A stretch of 64,000 nt of DNA from Oscillospiraceae bacterium (GCA_015064735.1 SVRP01000002.1:82591-146590); one strand, 5' to 3'; positions 42,264-52,057 are shown, counted from the stretch's first letter. Program-made: numbers and translations. The notes: generated by a model from the sequence alone, not told the origin.

Positions 42264-44996
42264 TTATTTCTTTATTTTAGCGGTTATCTTTATCTTTTCA
42301 GGAGTTGCGGATTTTACAAACGCTCTTGCCAGTCCGTAGTGAAGCCTTACGTTCCAAGTCGTATCTTTTACAGTTTTTCCTATCTTAACGTATCCCGAAA
42401 TAGGCTTACTCGTAAAGTCATCCTGAACAGAGACTACCTTGATCTCATTATTTCCCTCTTTGAAATCACAGTAGAAACGGTAAGGACGGACAGATGCGTA
42501 CGAAATTCGACCGTTTCGCTTGTTGTTTCCTATTTCTTCTCCGTTCAAGTATACGGTAGTGGGTCCGCCGAAGCGTTCAAACTCTATGTATTGATACTCC
42601 GATACGTTTGTAACGGTAGTAGTATATACTTCCTCTCTCTCCTCGGAAAGTGAATCCTTGAATTTTGCAATGTTACGGTAATCGTTATCAAATCCCTCAA
42701 CAGCAGATTCACACTCCATGTAGTCAAATCGTCTGCGAGCATAATTTTCAATCTTAAGCGGAATAGAATATAATCCGTTCTCGCAATTAAAGTTCCTGAT
42801 GTATACAGCTTCCTCGCTCGGGAGCTTTTGCTCATAATCAAGACATGCAGGGTCTCCGTTTCCGACTCCTACGAACGCTCCGTTTTCTACCGTAATGTCA
42901 AGCATATTCGACGCAAGTCTGCAAAGCACTCCGTTTTTGTCATACGCCTCAAATTGATATACCGAAACGTCATTATCGCTGTTACCTACAAGAACAGGCA
43001 CACAACGTATCTCTGCAGTTTTATCGGATGTCTTAACCTCGTCACGGTAGGTTACACCGTTTCTGATGCCCTCAACAGATATTACGCCTGCTTCATATTC
43101 AACGGTGAACATAGGCGCGTCAAAGCGCTCTACCTTCTTTGTTTCAATAGCTCTTCCGTTTATATAAAGGGTTATTTCCTCGCAGTTTGTAAACACCGCC
43201 ATGGTTACGGTATCGCCCTCATTGTGATTCCAATGAGGTGTAAGCTTCAACACGGGTTCGTCAGTCCACCATGCCTTGTAATAATAGAACGGAGGCTTTT
43301 CCATTCCGCAAAGATCAATGGTTCCAAAGCTTGAAGAAACGTTGGAGAACACAAAAGGATTAGGCTCACCGCGGTAATCAAAGCCAGTCCACATAAAGCT
43401 TCCGGCAAGATAAGGACGCTTTTCAAAATACTTTACCCAGCCCTTGGGAGTTTGTCCCCATGCCATGGTAACCATACCGGTAGAATCAAGAAGTCCGCTT
43501 CCGAGGTCTGTTACCGCTCCACCGCGGCTAAGCACGTAGCTGCTCTCCTCTGTACCTATCATAGGCTGATTGGGATGTTCTTCGTGGTATATATCTGTCC
43601 AAGGCGCTCTGCTTCTTATATAGTTGATTCCCCTTACCTCAGCAACCGAATTGGCTCCCAAAAATTTATTTCCGTTATTTCCTCCGTAGGTTACGGATCT
43701 CGTGTCATCAAGCGACTTTGCAATACGCGTAATCTTTTCCATAAGACTTGCGCTTATGGGCTCGTTCTGTATAGAAAATTCCTCGTTTCCGAGCGACCAT
43801 ATGAACACGCAAGGGTGATTTCGGTCTCTCTCAATAAGGTCTGTAAGCTGCCTTACAGCCTCCGCGGACGTTCCAAACATGCGTGTTTCATCCATAACGA
43901 GCATTCCAAGCTCGTCGCAAGCATTAAGTAACGCAGGAGACGGAGCATGATGAGCGCATCTGTACGCATTAACCCCCATATCCTTAAGACGCTGAATTTT
44001 GTATCTGTTAAGATTATCCGAAAGAGCAACACCGACACCGCCAAAGTCCTGATGTACGCAAGCGCCTCTCACCTTAAGAGGCTTACCGTTAAGAAAGAAA
44101 CCTTTGTCAGTATCAAATGCGACGGTTCGAATTCCGAATTTTTCGGTAAATTCCTCATTATTTGCTTTCAGCTTAAGCGTGTAAAGATAAGCTGCGTCTA
44201 CGCTCCAAAGATTAGGCTCATCGACCTTGAGTTCTAAGGATACCTTTTTCTCCGAATAAGGCTCGACAGTTACAGTTCGTCTTGTTTCTGCTACCTTTCT
44301 TCCTTTTTGATCATGTATCTTACATATAATAGGCATTTTCTCTTCATTCTCGGAATCGTTGAGAACAATTGTACCTACAAAAACCCTTCCGTCAATGTCT
44401 GTTTTAATAACGGTCTGATTATACTTGAAATATACAGGTTCACCCACAAGAATATTTACGTTCCTGTAAATTCCGGAGCCCTCATACCACCAGCCCTCGG
44501 GCTGTTCGCTGTCAACGCGTACGGCAATGGAATTATCAATATCCGAGTACAGATGGTCGGTAAGCTCAACAATAAAGCTTGTATATCCGCTGGTGTGTCT
44601 GTCCATGTATGAGCCGTTCACAAAGACCGTTGCATCACGGAAAACGCCTTCAAATTCAACGAAAATGCGTTTGCCTTGCCACTCTTCCGGCATTCTGAAT
44701 TGCTTTCTGTACCATCCAATATTGTACACAGTATCAATTTTTGAACGCTTTTCGGTCATAAATCTGTTAAACGAGGAATTTGCTCTTGCACCTGCAAAGG
44801 TATTCGCCCTGAGATCCTTAGGTAAGGCAACCGCCCAGTCATGAGGAAGATCTATCTTATCCCAGTTGTTGTAATCGTAGAAGCGACCGCCTGCACCGCC
44901 TGCCTCCGCGTATTTTTCAAAGCCAAAAACGTTAAATGCTTCCAAATCATTTTCAAGCTTGAATTCCCAATCCTTGTTGAAACAGTATTTTTTCAT
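42264..44996 (-). CDS. Glycoside hydrolase family 2 (beta-galactosidase/beta-glucuronidase-like), 910 aa
   Basis: Sugar-binding domain (DWEFKL..., HDW), TIM barrel with NHPCVFIWSLGNEE (acid/base Glu) and C-terminal Ig-like domains. Confidence 0.9.
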   Translation of the reverse strand: MKKYCFNKDWEFKLENDLEAFNVFGFEKYAEAGGAGGRFYDYNNWDKIDLPHDWAVALPKDLRANTFAGARANSSFNRFMTEKRSKIDTVYNIGWYRKQFRMPEEWQGKRIFVEFEGVFRDATVFVNGSYMDRHTSGYTSFIVELTDHLYSDIDNSIAVRVDSEQPEGWWYEGSGIYRNVNILVGEPVYFKYNQTVIKTDIDGRVFVGTIVLNDSENEEKMPIICKIHDQKGRKVAETRRTVTVEPYSEKKVSLELKVDEPNLWSVDAAYLYTLKLKANNEEFTEKFGIRTVAFDTDKGFFLNGKPLKVRGACVHQDFGGVGVALSDNLNRYKIQRLKDMGVNAYRCAHHAPSPALLNACDELGMLVMDETRMFGTSAEAVRQLTDLIERDRNHPCVFIWSLGNEEFSIQNEPISASLMEKITRIAKSLDDTRSVTYGGNNGNKFLGANSVAEVRGINYIRSRAPWTDIYHEEHPNQPMIGTEESSYVLSRGGAVTDLGSGLLDSTGMVTMAWGQTPKGWVKYFEKRPYLAGSFMWTGFDYRGEPNPFVFSNVSSSFGTIDLCGMEKPPFYYYKAWWTDEPVLKLTPHWNHNEGDTVTMAVFTNCEEITLYINGRAIETKKVERFDAPMFTVEYEAGVISVEGIRNGVTYRDEVKTSDKTAEIRCVPVLVGNSDNDVSVYQFEAYDKNGVLCRLASNMLDITVENGAFVGVGNGDPACLDYEQKLPSEEAVYIRNFNCENGLYSIPLKIENYARRRFDYMECESAVEGFDNDYRNIAKFKDSLSEEREEVYTTTVTNVSEYQYIEFERFGGPTTVYLNGEEIGNNKRNGRISYASVRPYRFYCDFKEGNNEIKVVSVQDDFTSKPISGYVKIGKTVKDTTWNVRLHYGLARAFVKSATPEKIKITAKIKK

Positions 44997-45128
44997 TTTT
45001 TCCTCCTGAATATAAATATTCTGTATATTGACATGAATCTATAATCATAGTATAATATAAGAGTTGTATAATGTAAATATAAAATTACTTGTATTTATAT
45101 AAAAATCCTACACAGGGGAAATTGTTAT

Positions 45129-45920
45129 ATGAACGAAAAATATATAAAGGCTTCTCCTAAAGGAAAAGCTCTGCCCATATACGCAATAACCGTGGGTATT
45201 AACCACACTCAAGAAAAAATATTCCGCCCTAACGGAAGCATTTTTCACCATATAATGTTTGTTCAAGAGGGCGAAGGTGTTTTTGAATTAAACAATGAAA
45301 AGCATGTCCTTAAAGCAGGTACTGCGATGTTTTTCAGTAAAAATATGCCAATAAATTATTATGCAAGCGGTTCCCTTTTCAAAACAGCTTGGATAACCTT
45401 TGACGGAATATCGACCGAAAGCATTTTTGAATACTTTTCAGCAAAAGGCTTTTCTTTTATTGAAAACAGCTCACTGATTTCTAAAATCCTCGCATTTGTC
45501 AAGCATGTTGAGAACGGTGAATCCTTTGAGGGGCTTTCAAAAGCGGTATATGACATAGTAATAACCTATTTTTCGGAGTTAAACAAAGCCACCTGCCCGG
45601 TGGTGCTGTCAAACGCAAAAAATTATATAGCCACGAACTTCAAAAACGACATATCCATAGCAGAAATTGCCGCATACGTCGGAATATCCCAATCACTTCT
45701 GTTCAGACTTTTTAAGGCTAACGAGAAATGCACACCAATAGAATATTTAAAACGGACGCGCATAGAAAGCGCAAAGCTTTTACTGTCAAACGAACAAAAT
45801 ATGAACATAAAAGATGTTGGCTCATCCTGCGGTTTTTCGGATACTTCCTATTTCGTTAAGGTGTTTCGCGATGAAACGGGAGTTACGCCAAAAAATTTCA
45901 GAAAGCTGTACGGAATATAG
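45129..45920 (+). CDS. AraC-family transcriptional regulator
   Basis: N-terminal cupin-like sensor and a C-terminal double HTH (IAEIAAYVGISQSLLFRLFK...DVGSSCGFSDTSYFVKVFR). Divergent from the GH2 gene. Confidence 0.9.
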   Translation: MNEKYIKASPKGKALPIYAITVGINHTQEKIFRPNGSIFHHIMFVQEGEGVFELNNEKHVLKAGTAMFFSKNMPINYYASGSLFKTAWITFDGISTESIFEYFSAKGFSFIENSSLISKILAFVKHVENGESFEGLSKAVYDIVITYFSELNKATCPVVLSNAKNYIATNFKNDISIAEIAAYVGISQSLLFRLFKANEKCTPIEYLKRTRIESAKLLLSNEQNMNIKDVGSSCGFSDTSYFVKVFRDETGVTPKNFRKLYGI

Positions 45921-45961
45921 AAAAGGGGCTGTCTCAAATCACATTTGAGACAGCCCCTTTT
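45921..45961. terminator. Bidirectional terminator hairpin, second copy of the GGGGCTGTCTCAAA/TTTGAGACAGCCCC family
   Basis: AAAAGGGGCTGTCTCAAAT (45921-45939) pairs with ATTTGAGACAGCCCCTTTT (45943-45961). Confidence 0.75.
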
Positions 45962-45969
45962 TACAGCTG

Positions 45970-46665
45970 TTATTTATTTTCTGCAGCCTTTTCCTTGGAT
46001 TCCTCTTTTTTCTTTTCCTTTTTCTTTTCTTTTTCTTCCTTTTCCTTTATCTTTTCTGCTTTATCCTTCTTAGGCTTCTCTTCTCTTTCCTCTTTTTCCT
46101 CGGGTTCTTCGGGGATCGGATATTTTTCGTCGATTAAAGCCTGTGCAATATTTTTAAGGAATCCACTGAGCGAAAGAAGCGAGCCGACGACCAGCATAAA
46201 GTCCTTTTCATCTTCTATATTCAAGGAATTGTTCTTTATAAGCTCCTTAAGTATACCTTGAGAATACTCTCTGTTCTCGGTTTTTATATCTATATATCTA
46301 TCGTATATTTTAACAAGCTCATCACCGCTGAAGTCCTCAAGCGCATATGCTCCGTCAAGAAGTCTCTTTATTTCTCCGATTGAGAGTGTATTCTTCAATG
46401 TATATACGGTAAGTATCTGAACGATCTGCTCCTTACTATACTTTTTGCCTTTTATGGGTGTTATAAGTCCGTCCTTGGAATAATTGTTTATCATAGTTTT
46501 TGTAAGCTGTTTGTCGTGGTATCTTTCCGAGCTTAATTGGGTTTTATCAGCCACAAGATTTATTATCTGATCTACGTAAAGATCTATTGCCGGAATATCA
46601 GCCCCCTTAAGCTCCTCTTCTCTTACAGCTTCTTTTGCTATATTATACAGTTCCTTATCGTTCAA
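45970..46665 (-). CDS. DUF1836-like protein with a Lys/Glu-rich C-terminal tail
   Basis: IDLYVDQIINLV...LTKTMINNYSKDGLITPIKGKKYSKEQIVQIL resembles DUF1836. The last ~47 aa are K/E low complexity. Confidence 0.65.
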   Translation of the reverse strand: MNDKELYNIAKEAVREEELKGADIPAIDLYVDQIINLVADKTQLSSERYHDKQLTKTMINNYSKDGLITPIKGKKYSKEQIVQILTVYTLKNTLSIGEIKRLLDGAYALEDFSGDELVKIYDRYIDIKTENREYSQGILKELIKNNSLNIEDEKDFMLVVGSLLSLSGFLKNIAQALIDEKYPIPEEPEEKEEREEKPKKDKAEKIKEKEEKEKKKEKKKEESKEKAAENK

Positions 46666-46852
46666 TTTTTTATCTCACTTTCAAAAAGTTTAATCTTTTC
46701 AGCACAGACTCGGTGTCATCTACTATAATACACCATTTTAAAAATCATGTCAAGCGATTTACAAAAAATTTCGCAGTATCATTAAAACATCTTGAAATAT
46801 TCCGCATTGTATGATATACTGTCATTACAGTATGATTTTTGGAGGAATTCCA

Positions 46853-47416
46853 ATGGGTGATATTCATAGCTATGAAAAAATTGTAAAGCTTAAGGCAGAG
46901 GGCAAAATTCTTTCGAAGAAGATAATATTTATATGTATCTATGCTTTTTTGGTATTGGTAGGCATTCCTTTTGCAATAGTAAAGCTTAACGGAAATATAC
47001 CGATAATTCTTACGCTTACTGCCATGATAGGCGGATTTATATACTTTTCATGGAAGCAGACCAACATTGAATATGAATATTCTATTATTTCGGGAACATT
47101 TTTCCTTACAAGAATATACGGAAAATCTCGACGAAAGGAAGTATTTGAAGCCGAGCTTCACGATGCTTTGATAATTGCCCCATTTAATGAAGCATATTGT
47201 GAAAAAGCCGAAAAATGCGAGCCCGATGACGTTTTTTACGCAATTTCCTCACGCAAAGCGAAAAACGCTTGGTTTATAATCTTTGATGAATCGGGCGGAG
47301 TTAAAACGCTGATTCTTTTTGAAGCGGATGAACGCGCAATTTCGACACTCAGACACTATTGCCCCCGTGCCACAGTAAGAGACAAATCCAATCTAAATAA
47401 TAATTGCAACCATTAA
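46853..47416 (+). CDS. Hypothetical membrane protein (2 TM + soluble C-terminal domain)
   Basis: ORF with a GGAGG RBS. Two hydrophobic helices follow a short N-terminus. No family confidently recognised. Confidence 0.5.
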   Translation: MGDIHSYEKIVKLKAEGKILSKKIIFICIYAFLVLVGIPFAIVKLNGNIPIILTLTAMIGGFIYFSWKQTNIEYEYSIISGTFFLTRIYGKSRRKEVFEAELHDALIIAPFNEAYCEKAEKCEPDDVFYAISSRKAKNAWFIIFDESGGVKTLILFEADERAISTLRHYCPRATVRDKSNLNNNCNH

Positions 47417-47433
47417 GATAGCGAGGAATAATT

Positions 47434-47982
47434 ATGCTTGATTACGAAATCCACCCCATAATTGCCGCAGTTAAAAGCAGAGACGATCTTGAAATTGCGC
47501 TTCAATCAGAAACCGAGGTTGTTTTTCTTTTGAGTTCAAATATAATCGATATTAAAAATATAGCCGATCACACGCATGAAAGCGGAAAAAGGCTTTTTAT
47601 ACATACAGACTTTGTAGACGGGCTGAGCAAGGATGCCGCCGGTGTCAGATATCTTTCCACCAAAGGAATCGACGGAATAATCAGCACTCGTTCCAATATA
47701 ATATCCGCCGCCCACGACACCGGGATTTGTTCTGTTCAGCGTTTTTTTATGATAGACTCCCGCTCGGTTGATACGGCACTTGAAACGCTTAAACAGTCAA
47801 AAGCAGACATGATCGAAATCATGCCTGCCTTAGCTTATAAATCTATTACAAAAATCAAGAAAAATATTCGTATTCCAATAATCGCGGGCGGTCTTATCGA
47901 CAGCCGCGAGGAAGTTTACAAAGCGCTTGGCGCGGGGGCGTCCATGATATCCACGGGATGTCAGGATTTATGGAATGATTGA
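47434..47982 (+). CDS. glpP: GlpP-family glycerol-3-phosphate-responsive antiterminator
   Basis: IIAAVKS...LE.AL.S...VVFLL...I.....H..GK.LFIHTDFVDGL..D..G..YL......DGIISTR matches the GlpP family pattern. 182 aa. Confidence 0.78.
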   Translation: MLDYEIHPIIAAVKSRDDLEIALQSETEVVFLLSSNIIDIKNIADHTHESGKRLFIHTDFVDGLSKDAAGVRYLSTKGIDGIISTRSNIISAAHDTGICSVQRFFMIDSRSVDTALETLKQSKADMIEIMPALAYKSITKIKKNIRIPIIAGGLIDSREEVYKALGAGASMISTGCQDLWND

Positions 47983-49130
47983 CCTTTCTTCTCTCCTGTG
48001 CGGTCATTTGTATAATTTTTAAAATATTGATATAATCCGCAAGGAATCATTCCGTTATACAGTTTACGCACCTTATCCGCACGTCTACCGTAAAGTCTTT
48101 CGAAGTTTTCGGCTGACGTCAAAATATATATTTGCCACGGTGAGAGACCCGCAAAGGTCTCTCCCATTTTTTTATACAGAAGCTCAACTTCTTTTACAGT
48201 CATCAGCCGTTCCCCATAGGGCGGATTGCATACGATGGTTCCTTTTCTGTCAAGCTTTTTTATTTTTGTTGCGTCCTCTTTAAATATTTTTATTCTGTCC
48301 GCAACGCCTGCTCTCTTTGCGTTTTCTCTTGCAACCTCAAGGATGCTTTCGTCTATATCCGAAGCATAAGCTTCAAAATTCGAATCCTCAACTATATCTC
48401 CAACCGCTCGGTCTCGCTCCTCATCCCATACGTCCGAGGCTATAAGCGGAAAGCTTTCTCCTGCAAAGTTACGGTTAAGTCCCGGTGCGCAGTTGCTCAT
48501 AAGCATTGCCGCCTCAATTGCAATAGTTCCTGAACCGCAAAACGGATCCCAAAATAAAACGTCCTCTCTCGGTCTTGAAATGATCGCCATTGCCGCAGCA
48601 AGAGTTTCACGAAGCGGTGCTTCTCCCGATTGAGGTCTGTAACCTCTTTTGTGAAGTGCTGTTCCCGACGTATCTATCATCAGCGTAGCAATATCCTTAA
48701 AGATAAAAAATTCTACCTGATATTTAACACCTTCCTCTGTAAACCATCTTATACCGTAATTATTTGAAAGTCTGTCCACAATGGCTTTTTTAACTATACT
48801 CTGACAATCAGGAACAGAAAAAAGCTTACTGCGTATTGCGTGTCCCTTTACCGGAAAAGCATCATCCTTTCCTATCCACATCTCCCACGGAAGCGCCTTT
48901 ACTCCCTCAAACAGTGAGTCAAAATTATCTGCGCGAAAGCTTCCCATCTTAATGAAAATCCTTTCTGCGCAGCGCAATCTTATGTTCGCAGCCGCAAGAG
49001 CATATTCGTCGCCCTCAAAGGTTACGCGTCCGTCCATTGTTTCTATTCTTTTACACCCCAAAGCGTCTATTTCTTCGCCAAGAAGCCTTTCAAGTCCAAA
49101 AAGGCAGGTTGCGACCATTTCCATTTTCAT
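47961..49130 (-). CDS. THUMP-domain class I SAM-dependent RNA methyltransferase (RlmL/YpsC-like)
   Basis: N-terminal ferredoxin-like/THUMP region, PLRETLAAAM, DPFCGSGTIAIEAA and NPPYGERL. Confidence 0.85.
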   Translation of the reverse strand: MKMEMVATCLFGLERLLGEEIDALGCKRIETMDGRVTFEGDEYALAAANIRLRCAERIFIKMGSFRADNFDSLFEGVKALPWEMWIGKDDAFPVKGHAIRSKLFSVPDCQSIVKKAIVDRLSNNYGIRWFTEEGVKYQVEFFIFKDIATLMIDTSGTALHKRGYRPQSGEAPLRETLAAAMAIISRPREDVLFWDPFCGSGTIAIEAAMLMSNCAPGLNRNFAGESFPLIASDVWDEERDRAVGDIVEDSNFEAYASDIDESILEVARENAKRAGVADRIKIFKEDATKIKKLDRKGTIVCNPPYGERLMTVKEVELLYKKMGETFAGLSPWQIYILTSAENFERLYGRRADKVRKLYNGMIPCGLYQYFKNYTNDRTGEKKGQSFHKS

Positions 49131-49290
49131 AGTAAATACCTCTTAAAATAAATCAATAATATTATAAGTTATATATTTTATAATGTCAATAAGAATTTTC
49201 TTTATAAAACGGAAAAATAAAATTGTTGACAAAATTATCTTTTTGTTGTATAATTCATTGAAAACAAAAGAATACCTAGGAGAAAAAAAC

Positions 49291-50121
49291 ATGGCATACC
49301 CCAGAATTTTAACGGTACAGGACATTTCATGCGTAGGTCAGTGTTCACTTACCGCGGCTATCCCCGTGGTGTCCGCCTGCGGAGTCGAATGTTGCCCTAT
49401 TCCCTCAGCTGTCCTTTCAACACACACGGCAGGATTTAAGGAATTTACGTTCAAGGATCTTACCGATGATATCCCACTTATAAACAAGCATTGGGTCAGC
49501 GAAGGACTTACGTTTGATGCTATTTATACAGGATATCTCGGAAGCGCAAAGCAAATCGAATGCGTTGAAAAGCTTATGAACAGCGTATTAAAAAAAGACG
49601 GAGTTTCGGTAATCGACCCTGCTATGGCAGACAACGGAAAGCTTTACGTCGGATTTGATATGAACTTTGTTGCAGAAATGAAAAAGCTTTGTTCTAAAGC
49701 AAACTACCTTGTTCCCAATATTACCGAAGCGTCTCTGCTTACGGGAATCGAATACAAAACCGAATACGATCGCGATTATATCAATTCCCTTCTCACCGCT
49801 TTAACTGAGCTTGGATGTAAAAACGTAGTTCTGACCGGAGTATCGTACGAGCCCTCAACGACAGGTGTTGTAGTATTCGAAAACGGAAAATACAGCTACT
49901 ACAAGCATGAAAAAATAGAGCGCGGCTGCCATGGCACCGGAGACATATACGCATCAGCGTTTGTCGGCGCTCTCATGCGTGGCAAATCCGCTTTTGATGC
50001 GGCAAAAATTGCGGCAGATTTTACTCTCGACTGCATTAAAGAAACACTCGACGAGCCCGAGCATTGGTACGGAGTCAAATTTGAGCCCGTTCTCGGAAAT
50101 CTTATAAGTTATCTCAAATGA
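49291..50121 (+). CDS. pdxK: Pyridoxamine/pyridoxal kinase (PdxK/PdxY family)
   Basis: ILTVQDISCVGQCSLT, YTGYLGS, DPAMADNGKLY and a GTGDIYASAF anion hole. Start at ATG 49291 (AGGAG RBS). Confidence 0.85.
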   Translation: MAYPRILTVQDISCVGQCSLTAAIPVVSACGVECCPIPSAVLSTHTAGFKEFTFKDLTDDIPLINKHWVSEGLTFDAIYTGYLGSAKQIECVEKLMNSVLKKDGVSVIDPAMADNGKLYVGFDMNFVAEMKKLCSKANYLVPNITEASLLTGIEYKTEYDRDYINSLLTALTELGCKNVVLTGVSYEPSTTGVVVFENGKYSYYKHEKIERGCHGTGDIYASAFVGALMRGKSAFDAAKIAADFTLDCIKETLDEPEHWYGVKFEPVLGNLISYLK

Positions 50122-50163
50122 ATAATGAAAAATGCTTTCGCAAAACCGCGAAAGCATTTTTTA

Positions 50164-51123
50164 TTACATTATGTTTTTGATTGTTTTTATAAGATTTTCA
50201 GCATAAAATGAAAAACCGTTGTCATTGGGGTGAAGGTATTCATCATGGAAAAGCGACGGCATGGGAGGAACAAGCGTAAGTCCGTCTACATGAATGAATC
50301 CAAAGCTATTTGCCTCATCAATAACAATCTGACGGCACCCCTCAAATGTACCCATAGCCTTTCCTTCTCTGTGCTCTCTCCATATCGGAGATATAACGAA
50401 TATCTTTTTACCCTTGTATTCATTTGCAATAAGCGAAAGATGCTCGTGGCAGTGCCCTTTAAATTCATCATAGGTCTTATAATGACTGAAATCATTCGTT
50501 CCGTAGGACACGAACACAAAATCGGGGGCAAAATCAATATGGTCAAAGCTGTCTTCATTGTAGTACGCTCCGCCAATTCCTTGGATAATACTCTCAGCAT
50601 TAAAGAAATCCGATACTCTGTACGCATATGAGTAGGAATCCAAGGACGATGCCCATCCCTGTGTAATGGAATCGCCAATAAAAAGCATTTTGCAATCAAA
50701 TATATGAGGATTAACGTAAGAGCCGTCATCAAGCTCAACGTATTCAATAACAGCAGGTGCGTTGTGCGAAGGAAGAACGACCGTAACTCTATGCTCTCCG
50801 CCCATATGTCCGAGAGGATCACATATCTTGTGTGAAATCACATCTCCTGCCTCAGGACGGTAAACAGCGACAGTAAGACCGTCTATCTTTATTTCATATT
50901 TTGAACCGCTGATTGCTTTAAAAGCAAGGGTCTTTGAGTCGGTATGGAAATCAAGCCTTACTCCGGTAGTTGCTCTTGACCTGTCATATAGCTCTTCCTT
51001 TTTTTCAAGCCATGCTTTTTCCTGCTTTTCGGTACACTTGGCAAAATGTATGCCGTCGCTATGTGCTTCTGTTCTGACAGAACCAACCGTTATCGCTTTA
51101 ATCTGCTCAAGCGTGAGTCTCAT
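50164..51123 (-). CDS. SGNH/GDSL-family hydrolase
   Basis: Block I FIGDSITQGW, block III GTND and block V-like HPNDNG. Start at ATG 51123 (AAGGAG RBS). The longer track ORF reads through two tRNA genes. Confidence 0.75.
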   Translation of the reverse strand: MRLTLEQIKAITVGSVRTEAHSDGIHFAKCTEKQEKAWLEKKEELYDRSRATTGVRLDFHTDSKTLAFKAISGSKYEIKIDGLTVAVYRPEAGDVISHKICDPLGHMGGEHRVTVVLPSHNAPAVIEYVELDDGSYVNPHIFDCKMLFIGDSITQGWASSLDSYSYAYRVSDFFNAESIIQGIGGAYYNEDSFDHIDFAPDFVFVSYGTNDFSHYKTYDEFKGHCHEHLSLIANEYKGKKIFVISPIWREHREGKAMGTFEGCRQIVIDEANSFGFIHVDGLTLVPPMPSLFHDEYLHPNDNGFSFYAENLIKTIKNIM

Positions 51124-51154
51124 AATAAAAATCTCCTTAAAAGTTTTGCATAAC

Positions 51155-51188
51155 AAAAATCGACAGGATGTAAAACCCTGTCGATTTT
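51155..51188 (-). terminator. Terminator after the tRNA pair
   Basis: On the minus strand, AAAATCGACAGG pairs with CCTGTCGATTTT, followed by a U-run. It abuts the tRNA-Glu CCA end. Confidence 0.7.
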
Positions 51189-51263
51189 TGGTGACCCGTG
51201 GGAGAATCGAACTCCCGTTACCGCCGTGAAAGGGCGGTGTCTTAGCCGCTTGACCAACGGGCC
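51189..51263 (-). tRNA. tRNA-Glu (anticodon UUC), CCA encoded
   Basis: Minus strand reads GGCCCGTTGGTCAAGCGGCTAAGACACCGCCCTTTCACGGCGGTAACGGGAGTTCGATTCTCCCACGGGTCACCA. A cloverleaf can be drawn, and the anticodon loop CTTTCAC gives TTC. Confidence 0.93.
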
Positions 51264-51265
51264 GA

Positions 51266-51342
51266 TGGTAGCGGGAATTGGACTTGAACCCATGACCTAC
51301 CGGGTATGAACCGGTTGCTCTAGCCAACTGAGCTATCCCGCC
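51266..51342 (-). tRNA. tRNA with CAU anticodon, most likely elongator tRNA-Met (tRNA-Ile2/lysidine type not excluded), CCA encoded
   Basis: Minus strand reads GGCGGGATAGCTCAGTTGGCTAGAGCAACCGGTTCATACCCGGTAGGTCATGGGTTCAAGTCCAATTCCCGCTACCA, with anticodon loop TTCATAC. It is not an initiator, because the anticodon stem has no three consecutive G-C pairs and position 1-72 is paired. Confidence 0.88.
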
Positions 51343-51372
51343 ATACGTCCGCCGATTGCCGAACGCTCGACT

Positions 51373-51401
51373 ATTATATCACAATCAAAGCATATTGTCA
51401 A
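51373..51401 (-). promoter_or_regulatory. Consensus sigma-A promoter for the tRNA-Met/tRNA-Glu unit
   Basis: Minus strand: TTGACA (51401-51396), 17-nt spacer, TATAAT (51378-51373). Confidence 0.6.
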
Positions 51402-51564
51402 TAGCTTTTTTGAAAATTTTTCAGATTTTTTGCGCTTTATTTTATCCTGTCTGTTTTCTGAAAAAATTGCAAAATAATTTTTTATCACAATATATGATTA
51501 CATACTTTTGTATAAAAAAAGCAAAATAATAATGAGGCTACCTAATATTTTTTACAATTAGATA

Positions 51565-51593
51565 TTGACATATACAAACAAATATGTTATAAT
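51565..51593 (+). promoter_or_regulatory. Consensus sigma-A promoter for the atp operon
   Basis: TTGACA (51565-51570), 17-nt spacer, TATAAT (51588-51593). Confidence 0.6.
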
Positions 51594-51667
51594 CTAGTAA
51601 AATATATATTATTGGAGCTAGCTGTCTGTCAGGGAAGGTTGGCTCTTTGTGCTTTTATGGAGTATTT

Positions 51668-52057
51668 ATGAAAAAAATCGACCCCGTTATTCTAAAAGAA
51701 ACCAAATACATTGCAACATGGATTGTAATATTGAGTATGCTCATGCAGTCTGTCTTTTTAATAATCGGGAAATGGAATTACACGGTTCTTCTCGGAAATA
51801 TATACAGTGCAGCATTTGGAACGCTAAACTTCCTTTTAATGGGACTTACCGTTCAGAAGGCGCTCGAGAAGGAAGAAAAGGATGCAAAAAAATTTATACG
51901 TTTTTCTCAACTATACCGCAACATTATGCTTCTTCTCATAATGGTTTTGGGTGTGTTTATTCCTTTTTTCAATACATTGGCAGTACTTATTCCCATGTTT
52001 TTTGCGGGAATAGCGGTCTATATCAAGCCATTGGTAAACAAAATAATGAAAAAATAA
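51668..52057 (+). CDS. atpI: ATP synthase subunit I-like small membrane protein
   Basis: 129 aa, 4 hydrophobic helices, first gene of the atp operon. Frame chosen over the overlapping 51649..52068 ORF, whose product is not membrane-like. Confidence 0.7.
   Translation: MKKIDPVILKETKYIATWIVILSMLMQSVFLIIGKWNYTVLLGNIYSAAFGTLNFLLMGLTVQKALEKEEKDAKKFIRFSQLYRNIMLLLIMVLGVFIPFFNTLAVLIPMFFAGIAVYIKPLVNKIMKK

Noticed and set aside
51124-51327. The N-terminal 68 codons of the 387-aa track ORF (50164..51327)
   Set aside because: The extension reads straight through the tRNA-Glu and tRNA-Met genes. A good AAGGAG RBS precedes the internal ATG at 51123, where the SGNH hydrolase really starts.
51124-51667. 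The tRNA-Met/tRNA-Glu locus as an integration hotspot or genomic-island boundary
   Set aside because: There is no integrase, no direct repeat of a tRNA 3' end, and no phage or transposon genes on either side. The flanks are a housekeeping hydrolase and the atp operon.
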